Shown in pieces: positions 1 through 7,390 of a DNA stretch of 64,000 bases. Source of the stretch: Candidatus Latescibacterota bacterium. GTDB taxonomy: Bacteria > Latescibacterota > UBA2968 > UBA8231. The notes beneath the pieces are model-generated. The model was not told the DNA's origin and made no database searches. It saw only the letters and a list, made by a program, of their open reading frames with translations. The DNA lies in the NCBI GenBank assembly GCA_965197905.1, contig CBDAOB010000003.1, positions 128,001 to 192,000 of the forward strand, given 5' to 3'. The first letter of the stretch is position 1. Each line of letters opens with the position of its first letter. Position numbers and translations under genes: made by a program.

Positions 1-1411
1 ATGCTACATCGTTGAATTTCACCGATATCTCATCGCTCGCAGTGAGCTCCCAGAAGTGCAGGCGAAAGCGAAAGGGGCCCTTCCTCGAGCTCAGATCTTC
101 GCCGACCTGAAAGTGCGCATTGGCCATCTCTCCGGGCCGCAGCTCCAGTTCACGGAGGCTCTCAAAGCTGTTGGCGCCTAGGAAATCGTTGATGCCGAAG
201 AGCTTGTCCTTGTTTGCCATCGTTTCGAGATCTCCGATCTCCATCCACACCTCATCGTTGACGAAGGCGCCGTTGAAGACGTAGATGCCGTCGGCGCCGG
301 CAGCGAGCAAGTTGGTCGCGGCTCCGCGCCAGGCGGGCAGCATGCCTTCCCACCCATTCATCTCGGCCGTGAAGGACGAGCCGGTCTCCCTCAGGGATGC
401 AGCCCATGATTTGTACTCCCTGTACTCGCCGTCCGAGAGGTCGAGGAACGCCCACGGATGCCAGAACCCCCAGCTGATGCAAGGATACACCGGCACATCA
501 TGGCCGTGTCCGAGTTTGATAATATCTGCGAACGACTCGGTCATGTGCGACTCGACGTCGTCGCCGGGTATCAGCAGGTCCAGCAGATCCTCGCCCAGCC
601 AGGTCTCCAGGTCCAGGCCGATGAAACGCGCATCAGCTACGTTGAACGGCGTGCGCGCCGCCACCAGCAGCGGCCGCCCTCGCTCCTGGCCGACTTCGTC
701 GGCTAGCTTCCGCACTCGCCGCACCAGGGCCGTCATCATCTCCAGGTGCTCCGCCTCGACCGGAAGCATGTCTTGGGTCGGACGAAAAAAGGGATAGTGG
801 CGGAAGAAGTCCATCTCTATCCCGTCGACGTCGTAGTTGCGCGCCACCTCGTCTATATTGGCGAAGACGTGGTCGCGAACCTCGGGAAAGCTGAAATCGA
901 GTCCCGACCAGGCTTTCTTATTACCGTCCGTTTCCCAATCCGCCGGCTCGCCCATGAGAAATTCCGGGTGGTCGCGTTTGAAGGGCGCCAGACCATAGGT
1001 CCAGTAGGCCGACCCGTCAGGATGGGAGTCGTGTGTGTCGTTCATACGCAACGACCAGAAGGCTTCCAGCTCGTTCTCGTGACAGAAATCCGTTTGGATC
1101 TGCAGACTGTCGCGTCCATAGGTTTCGACCAGCGTCAGGGGAATCCCCTCACCGTGGAACCCACCTAGCTTGGTATGGTGGGAGAAGCGCACACCGGCCA
1201 TACAGCTGGAGTACCAGCTGCTATCCACCTGCGTCCCGAGCAGCGTCCGGGCGCGGGCGTCGAGAAAGTTGTCGATCAGCTCGCCGCTGTCGCGCCTCAA
1301 CAGGCCTTGAGCGGCCCCCTCCGGCGTTTTTGCCTGGATTACGTCGTCGCCGTCGTTGTTGTAAATGATCCGCCGTCTGCGCCACCGCGCGTCTCGTCTG
1401 CTCTGGTTCAT
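1..1411 (-). CDS. Glycoside hydrolase-like (GHL10/DUF187-like TIM barrel) protein, 3' end runs off window
   Basis: Not in the ORF track because it has no stop in the window. Manual translation from ATG 1411: MNQSRRDARWRRRRIIYNNDGDDVIQ...FWSLRMNDTHD...YDVDGIEMDFFR. Colinear paralog of 53730..55349. Confidence 0.8.
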   Translation of the reverse strand, partial: MNQSRRDARWRRRRIIYNNDGDDVIQAKTPEGAAQGLLRRDSGELIDNFLDARARTLLGTQVDSSWYSSCMAGVRFSHHTKLGGFHGEGIPLTLVETYGRDSLQIQTDFCHENELEAFWSLRMNDTHDSHPDGSAYWTYGLAPFKRDHPEFLMGEPADWETDGNKKAWSGLDFSFPEVRDHVFANIDEVARNYDVDGIEMDFFRHYPFFRPTQDMLPVEAEHLEMMTALVRRVRKLADEVGQERGRPLLVAARTPFNVADARFIGLDLETWLGEDLLDLLIPGDDVESHMTESFADIIKLGHGHDVPVYPCISWGFWHPWAFLDLSDGEYREYKSWAASLRETGSSFTAEMNGWEGMLPAWRGAATNLLAAGADGIYVFNGAFVNDEVWMEIGDLETMANKDKLFGINDFLGANSFESLRELELRPGEMANAHFQVGEDLSSRKGPFRFRLHFWELTASDEISVKFNDVA

Positions 1412-1762
1412 CGATTTCTGCCTCTGCTGGTTGATGTCCTTGCGACTTGCTAACTGGCGACACTCTCACCCGGTAATCCCCATATTAGAGCACCCCATCC
1501 TCTCATTCGAACCAGTAGGAGTCGTAGTGCAGGGAAAATATGAAGGGGTGGGAACTGAGGCGAACACAGAGAGGACGGGGTGTTCCGTTAGGTGTGGAAA
1601 GCTGGAGGAATCGCTTCACCTCTTCCAAGGTCAAGGGCTCCTAGATCGGCGCGAAGGTGGTCAGACACAATAGATATACCACGTTTCAGATGGCCGCGGT
1701 GGCGATAGACCAGACGCTATCTGCCGAGATCGTGTCTCGAATCAAGCGTTTGCGTAATTATC

Positions 1763-1789
1763 TACTTTAGAACTTCACTTTCTAAAGTA
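1763..1789. promoter_or_regulatory. Perfect AT-rich inverted repeat, candidate operator
   Basis: TACTTTAGAA-N7-TTCTAAAGTA in the divergent intergenic region ~65 bp upstream of the HAD gene. Confidence 0.4.
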
Positions 1790-1855
1790 AGGCAATGGAC
1801 ACCTGTCTCAACTGATTTTGATATGGGGAATACCCGTTAAATTGCAAGAGGACCA

Positions 1856-2593
1856 ATGATGACGACTTACACGGCAGTGCTCTTCGATGCGGGGGGCACC
1901 CTATGGTACGCCAGGAAAACGGTTGTGGAAGTGTGGCATGAGGTGCTGGCTGCCCAGGGCATGGAAGTATCCATAGAGCAGATCAATGATGCTTGGCAGA
2001 CGATGCAACCAATGCGGCAAGGTCAAGGAGATGCCTTTGAGACCTCAAGTACACTCACGAGCTTGGCTGGGGTTCAAGAGTATCTGGACGGATTCAATAG
2101 GAAGTTCCTGGGTGAGCTGAAGATTATAGATGAGGACGCCACCCTGGTAGGTCGGGTTCACAGCGGATTTGAGAATAACCGGGTCTTGTATCCTGAGACA
2201 GCTGACGTGCTTAGGAAGTTACAGGGCATGGGATACCACATGGCTATCGTCTCCAACGGCTATGAGCAGGAACAGACCGCTGCAAACCTAGGCATCGCCT
2301 CGTACTTTGATACCATCATCGGCTCGTTCTACGTGGGTTTCAGGAAGCCCATGCCGGAGATATACCACATGGCTCTCGATAGGCTGAGCATTGGCCCGGA
2401 GCAGGCCATCATGGTGGGCGACCACTGGGGAGCCGATGTTGAGGGGCCGGAAAGGGTGGGAATCAAAGGCGTTCATCTTCACCAAAGCCGTCTTGGCGTT
2501 CATCTCGACCGTGGCTACCCGACTCCCGGCCCAGAGGCCATTAAAGACCTCTGGGGCATCGTCCAAATTCTCCGACAGCATGATTCTGAGTAG
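1856..2593 (+). CDS. HAD-superfamily hydrolase
   Basis: Motif I LFDAGGTL, motif II VSNG, RKP motif III and MVGDHWGADV motif IV; RBS GAGGA. Confidence 0.9.
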   Translation: MMTTYTAVLFDAGGTLWYARKTVVEVWHEVLAAQGMEVSIEQINDAWQTMQPMRQGQGDAFETSSTLTSLAGVQEYLDGFNRKFLGELKIIDEDATLVGRVHSGFENNRVLYPETADVLRKLQGMGYHMAIVSNGYEQEQTAANLGIASYFDTIIGSFYVGFRKPMPEIYHMALDRLSIGPEQAIMVGDHWGADVEGPERVGIKGVHLHQSRLGVHLDRGYPTPGPEAIKDLWGIVQILRQHDSE

Positions 2594-2666
2594 AAGCGTC
2601 TGGGCCCACAGGCTATTATGGCCTAGCGTAATTGGGGAGCCTCACAGCCACTGAGTTATCACAGCG

Positions 2667-2771
2667 GACCCCATAGATGAGGAGGGATAAGTCCACGTGT
2701 CCCACAGGCCAGGCCTGGGGCTGGATATAGTCCTTGACTAGATCAAGGACTACCTTGTGAAGAGCGGTTAG
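2667..2771 (+). pseudogene. C-terminal remnant of a mandelate racemase/enolase-family gene
   Basis: Translates DPIDEEG*VHVSHRPGLGLDIVLD*IKDYLV and aligns to DPMDDEGFVHVSQLPGLGMNINFDYIEKNRV of 37758..38891; two in-frame stops. Confidence 0.75.
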
Positions 2772-2972
2772 CCCCCGTCGTGTGTACATTGTCAGCGCAT
2801 GCGGCACAGACGGGGGAGCTTGGAGAATGAACAGTTTGGCAGGGAGTAGAGTCAAGAGAAGAAAAAGGGACCGGGATCCACGCAATTTGATCCGGCAAAT
2901 ATCGTCGCGAGGAACTCCAAACTCATGCTGAACCTTGGGATGTCATGAGCATCTAAATGCTGGAGGAGTACG

Positions 2973-3884
2973 ATGGAAATTAACTCAGCACCTGACTCAC
3001 CAGCCCGATGGACGTCACAAGAGGTCCAGGAACGGCTGGGTATCTCAACCCATGCCTTCAAAACCCGGCCCATCGGAGCCCGGGAGATCGCCGCTGTCCG
3101 AGAAGCGGGAATCACTCGGATTGAGATTGATGGACTTTCCGGCACCAATACCCCAACCCCAGCCTTTGACTTCCACAACCGCTCCCAGGCATCGGAGATC
3201 CTGGCAGAATGTCAGAAACAGGGCGTTTCAATTGTCTCGGTTCACGCCGCCGGGGGACAGTCTCCTGGGCATGGGCCGGGTTGTCCCATCTATGATTCAA
3301 AGGACGAAGGGGAAAGGAAGGCAGCGGTAGGGCAAGCCGTCCTATATGCAAAAGTGGCGGAGGAGCTGGGAGCTTCTGTCCTCGTGGGACATTTCTTTGG
3401 AGTCGCCGAGCAGTGTGAGAAAACTGTGAATGAGATACTTGAGCAATTGCACAACTCGTCTGTCAAACTTACCGTAGAGAATGGACTTGGCGATCTCCGC
3501 GACTTCATGGCAATTGTGGACAGGATCGGTTCCGACCGCTTCGGAATGGTTGTTGACACTGGGCATGCAAGGGACAGTGATGGTGTCAACCCCTTCACCA
3601 AGAAGGAGAATGCCCGCGAGACGATGGCGCAATGCGGCGAGCGTCTCTTCCATCTCCATTTGAATGACTTCACAAACGGAGACCATATAGCACCGTTCGA
3701 TGGCAACGTCCAGTGGGGAGAGGCTTTCGCTGCCCTCAAGGATATCGGCTATGAGGGTACGTTCATGTTCGAGCCGGGCCCTTTCCGGAAAAAATACATA
3801 AACGGAGACGTTCCTCCAGAGGAGCTGTTGCGCAAGGTCGCTTTGTTTCCCAAGACCTATGCCGAGCGTTACGGGACCGGATGA
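2973..3884 (+). CDS. Sugar phosphate isomerase/epimerase (xylose isomerase-like TIM barrel)
   Basis: VEN, VDTGH, HLHLND, DHIAPFDGNVQW and FMFE metal-binding motifs; RBS GGAGG. Confidence 0.85.
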   Translation: MEINSAPDSPARWTSQEVQERLGISTHAFKTRPIGAREIAAVREAGITRIEIDGLSGTNTPTPAFDFHNRSQASEILAECQKQGVSIVSVHAAGGQSPGHGPGCPIYDSKDEGERKAAVGQAVLYAKVAEELGASVLVGHFFGVAEQCEKTVNEILEQLHNSSVKLTVENGLGDLRDFMAIVDRIGSDRFGMVVDTGHARDSDGVNPFTKKENARETMAQCGERLFHLHLNDFTNGDHIAPFDGNVQWGEAFAALKDIGYEGTFMFEPGPFRKKYINGDVPPEELLRKVALFPKTYAERYGTG

Positions 3885-3932
3885 CAAGAGCAATTAGTCT
3901 CGGGTTGGTCACGTTGGTTTCCATGGATGCCC

Positions 3933-4727
3933 CTATCCGACAAGGGCGTCGCGGAGGGAATCGATCTCAGCCTGGCTCACGCCGCAGTGTTGCGCATAAC
4001 CCTCGACGCCGCCGTGGCGCTCGTCCAGGTCCCGGAGCACGGCGAGCATCACGGCGGGATTGCAGGTATCACGCTGGTGGTCCTGCCATTTGTAGTTGGC
4101 GGGATCGATCTCCGGATTGGCCTCGAGGTAGCGAGGCAGGTCGCAACGAGCGGTGAGGGCGTAATCCTGCGCGATGGTCTCGGCAGGTACTCTAGCGATC
4201 CCGAGTACGAGGGCGGTGATGAGACCTGTCCTGTCGGCGCCGCCGGCGCAGTGGATCAGCGCGGGAAGCGTGTCGGGGGCAGCCAGCGTGCGCAGGGTGT
4301 CGCACACTGCAAACGCTCGCTTGTCGAGCACGACCGAGTATCCCCAGCGCTTCCTTTCGACGTATTCAAGCCCTTGAGGAAGGTCCTCCCATTCGGGGTA
4401 ACCGTTCCCGGGCTTTGAACTTATCCATTCGCGCGGCATCATATCCCCGACCAGGTTCTGATGGTAGTAGGTCACCTTGTCCGAACCGAAGAAGACGTTG
4501 GGTGTGTCCTGTATCTGCACGCTCTTTCTCAGGTCGATGATGCTCCGGACGCCGTAATCCAGGAGATCCTGCTGGTCTTTGGCCGACAGTTGATGCAGAG
4601 AATCGGAGCGCAGGAATTGTCCCCAGCGCGTCTGCCGCCCGTCCGAGGTGGCGTATCCACCGATATCCCTCGTGTTGAAGGTGCCTTCTAGCTTCAGATG
4701 CCGTTTCGGGTCCAGTTCGGCGGTCAT
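3933..4727 (-). CDS. Tyrosine-protein phosphatase (PtpB/Y_phosphatase3-like)
   Basis: NTRDIGGY, LRSD, IIDLR, P-loop HCAGGADRTG and DYALT; ATG 4727 preceded by GGAGG. Confidence 0.85.
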   Translation of the reverse strand: MTAELDPKRHLKLEGTFNTRDIGGYATSDGRQTRWGQFLRSDSLHQLSAKDQQDLLDYGVRSIIDLRKSVQIQDTPNVFFGSDKVTYYHQNLVGDMMPREWISSKPGNGYPEWEDLPQGLEYVERKRWGYSVVLDKRAFAVCDTLRTLAAPDTLPALIHCAGGADRTGLITALVLGIARVPAETIAQDYALTARCDLPRYLEANPEIDPANYKWQDHQRDTCNPAVMLAVLRDLDERHGGVEGYAQHCGVSQAEIDSLRDALVG

Positions 4728-4779
4728 ATCACAATCCTCCCCCTCGTGAGTGTCCAGCAATATGGCGATATCGGGTGTT

Positions 4780-4950
4780 TCCCTCAGAAACCACTCGAAG
4801 TATTTCGGCTACGACCTGGTAACGATCGTCGGGTTCAACAAAGACAAGGTGAGCTTCGAGAATATTTCCCAGAAAAATCGAGACACCGACCTGTGGACCT
4901 TCTTTGTGCGAACCGTGGTCGGTTTCACCGCTTTTGGGCGCCCGCTCTGA
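4780..4950 (+). pseudogene. Orphan C-terminal fragment of the large secreted/outer-membrane protein family
   Basis: SLRNHSKYFGYDLVTIVGFNKDK...WTFFVRTVVGFTAFGRPL* matches the C-termini of 7391..10282 and 43387..46350. Confidence 0.85.
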
Positions 4951-4998
4951 GTTGTCGTTAATCCGGTGGCAGACGACCGACACCCCTTCCTCGCAGGG

Positions 4999-5035
4999 CA
5001 AAGAAACAGGGGCAGATCGCGCGATCTGCCCCTGT
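4999..5035 (-). terminator. Intrinsic terminator
   Basis: Perfect 30-bp palindrome ACAGGGGCAGATCGC/GCGATCTGCCCCTGT (5006-5035) followed by a T-rich tail on the minus strand, 30 bp after the stop of 5066..7018. Confidence 0.8.
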
Positions 5036-5065
5036 ACCTCAACTATACCGAACGTAAAGCCGTGT

Positions 5066-7018
5066 TTACTTCAGCAGTGTCATCGAATGCGTGGCGGAGA
5101 AATCGCCAGCCTGCATGCGGTAGAAGTAAACCCCGCTCGATACCGGGTGACCCACCTGATCCCGGGCATCCCAAGTCGCCTTGTACGCACCTGCCCTGAA
5201 CTGGTTGTCGACCAGGCTCTTGACCAGCTGACCAGCTGCGTTGTAAACGTTGATCGAAACCTGGCCATCAACTGGCACGGCAAAGTCGATGGTGGTCTCG
5301 GGATTGAAGGGGTTGGGATAAGCCTCGCTCAGCGCATAGCTGTCGGGCGTACCCGCGCTGGCGTCGGCTTCCACCGCGGTTACACCTGCACCCAGGCGAC
5401 CCACAGCCAGGTCGAACGGAACGTGAAACACCATGTCGAAACCGTAGATCTCGGTGTTTTCACGCGACGGAGCCGGACCGTTGGCCTCCAGTTCCCAGCT
5501 GCCGTTCAGGTAGATGCCGTCGAACGGGCCGTCGCGCCGATCCGGACCGATCCAATGGCCGTTCACCCGGCCCTGATTCTCGTCGACCCAGGAGATATGG
5601 CGGCCGCTTCTGGGCTTGAACGGGCCCATCTTGGTGTGATCCATCCACACCCGCAAGACACCCGTGCCGTCACGACCCAGTGCCGAAAACTGGTTGCCGA
5701 TCTGATTGGCGAGCGGGCTGTACATGGCAATGTGTCCCGTCCGGTCGTTGGTTACACGGACGGACAGCTGTCTCGATCCCTCCAAGGCCGCGCCTGTAAG
5801 GCCCAGATTGGCAGCGCGTTCGGCGGGAAACTGGTCGGAGTAGAGATCGCCAGGACCATTGAACCAGATGAGATTGCCATCCCAGTCCAGCTTGATGATC
5901 GACGTCGACCGCCAGCCGCAAAGCCACAGACCCGTGTCATCGGCGGAAACAGAAGACGGTCCGCCACCACTGAAGGTCTGGTTGCCGTTGTCATCGACGC
6001 GCCAGCGCAGGAAGAACTCGCGGACGTCGTAGGTCCTGAGGTACTCACCGGAGTTCTTGTCCCAGACATTCAGGGAACTGGCAGGCGGATCGGACTGAGA
6101 CCAGTTGGGCGCGATGATCTCGTCGTTGTAGACCAGTATCTGCATGGCGTTCTCGGTGGTCGGTCCGGGCACGTCGGCGAAACCGTTGGCGCCAAAATCC
6201 GTCACCCGCTCCAGGCTCTTGGCCGCCGCATTCTTCCGCGCCTTGAAGATGCCGCTGAACTCATTGTCCCAGTTCGAGTTGACCAGGTAGATGATATTGG
6301 GATCATCGGGATCGGGCTTCGGGCCACCGCGGCTGCCCGATTCCTCCACGACCTCCCAAACAGCGCTGGCATCCCAAGTATCCCAGGCGTTGGGATTAGC
6401 AATGTAGTCGGTGCCCAGATGGAAGACGTGCACATTCTGCGGACCGTCGCCGTTGTTGGAGTTGTAACGGCCCACCCGATGCGTCCACACCGTCCGGTCG
6501 CGCATGTCGATTTCGTTGTCATCGAAATCGCTGTTGCTACCGAACATCAACGTCGCGGGATCGAGCAGGTTGAAGGCGATGACGTCGAACGAATAACTGC
6601 CAGGTCCGGCCGGATTGCCTTCCCAGTCATTGCCATCCCACCGAACGGTACTGTTGCCGGCTTCGAAATCAGCTTCGGGAGTTACCGCAATGAACTTGTC
6701 CTGGGGTATGAGGCGCTGCACGGCGCCGTTGGGGCCGGAAGGACCGGTCTCATTGCTGCCCACTTCATAAATCGCGACCCAGACGCGGGCGCGCTGGTTC
6801 ATATTGAAGCTGATGCTCACGGGACCACTGCCGTTCCAGGATACGTCGTTGGTTGTGAGGCGTAACGGATTCGGGTCGCCGGAGCGATCCGGTACGCGAG
6901 CCTCACTGTCGAAATTCTCGCCTACCGGAGCCGCGCCCGGAAAGGTCTCCGCGCCAACGGCGCCGATGATGAGCATGATCACTGCCAAGCTCACCAAGGC
7001 GTTGCAAGTCTTTTTCAT
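5066..7018 (-). CDS. Secreted protein with FlgD Ig-like domains and a T9SS/Por-type C-terminal sorting-like domain
   Basis: Sec signal peptide; N-terminal WDGNDWEGNPAGPGSY; C-terminal YPNPFNPETTIDF...WDARDQVGHPVSSGVYFYRM...MTLLK; beta-rich middle region. Confidence 0.85.
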   Translation of the reverse strand: MKKTCNALVSLAVIMLIIGAVGAETFPGAAPVGENFDSEARVPDRSGDPNPLRLTTNDVSWNGSGPVSISFNMNQRARVWVAIYEVGSNETGPSGPNGAVQRLIPQDKFIAVTPEADFEAGNSTVRWDGNDWEGNPAGPGSYSFDVIAFNLLDPATLMFGSNSDFDDNEIDMRDRTVWTHRVGRYNSNNGDGPQNVHVFHLGTDYIANPNAWDTWDASAVWEVVEESGSRGGPKPDPDDPNIIYLVNSNWDNEFSGIFKARKNAAAKSLERVTDFGANGFADVPGPTTENAMQILVYNDEIIAPNWSQSDPPASSLNVWDKNSGEYLRTYDVREFFLRWRVDDNGNQTFSGGGPSSVSADDTGLWLCGWRSTSIIKLDWDGNLIWFNGPGDLYSDQFPAERAANLGLTGAALEGSRQLSVRVTNDRTGHIAMYSPLANQIGNQFSALGRDGTGVLRVWMDHTKMGPFKPRSGRHISWVDENQGRVNGHWIGPDRRDGPFDGIYLNGSWELEANGPAPSRENTEIYGFDMVFHVPFDLAVGRLGAGVTAVEADASAGTPDSYALSEAYPNPFNPETTIDFAVPVDGQVSINVYNAAGQLVKSLVDNQFRAGAYKATWDARDQVGHPVSSGVYFYRMQAGDFSATHSMTLLK

Positions 7019-7259
7019 GGTCGTCTATTCCCTTCCTAAGTGGCTGCTACAAATGGCTACTCGAGGCGCCGGCCTGCGGCCTGCGGACCTCAGTAGTCCT
7101 AACAAAAATGACATGCCAGGGCTTTCTTCTTCCACCCCCTTCCTTCCGGCGTTGCGATTTGTATGACGGCGGGATGCTGTCCTCGATCACGTAAAGATAC
7201 ACCAAATTTGCGAGGTCTCAAGCTTTAAGGGAGGAATTTGGCACTAAATGATCTCCTGA

Positions 7260-7375
7260 CCGACGGACAACGCGGTAATTGAATCACTCAACGCCCACTG
7301 GTTCGAATCACTTGGGGATATTAACCCGTTCATCCGTACCTGGCGGCAGACATACAACGAGCACCATCCACATAT
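7260..7375 (+). mobile_element. IS3-family transposase C-terminal remnant
   Basis: Translates PTDNAVIESLNAHWFESLGDINPFIRTWRQTYNEHHPH, resembling the IS3 integrase-core end (P.DNA..ESFNG..RDECLN..WF..L......W..DYN..RPH) with an internal deletion. Confidence 0.75.
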
Positions 7376-7390
7376 AGAATGGTATTCAGC

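Noticed and set aside
4780..4950. DGR template repeat for the large-protein C-termini
   Set aside because: Differences from the paralogs are mostly synonymous and at all bases rather than adenine-specific, and no reverse transcriptase is in the window.
4904..6865. 653-aa plus-strand ORF
   Set aside because: Antisense shadow of the FlgD-Ig gene with no motifs. The same applies to the many other overlapping antisense ORFs, which are expected at high GC.
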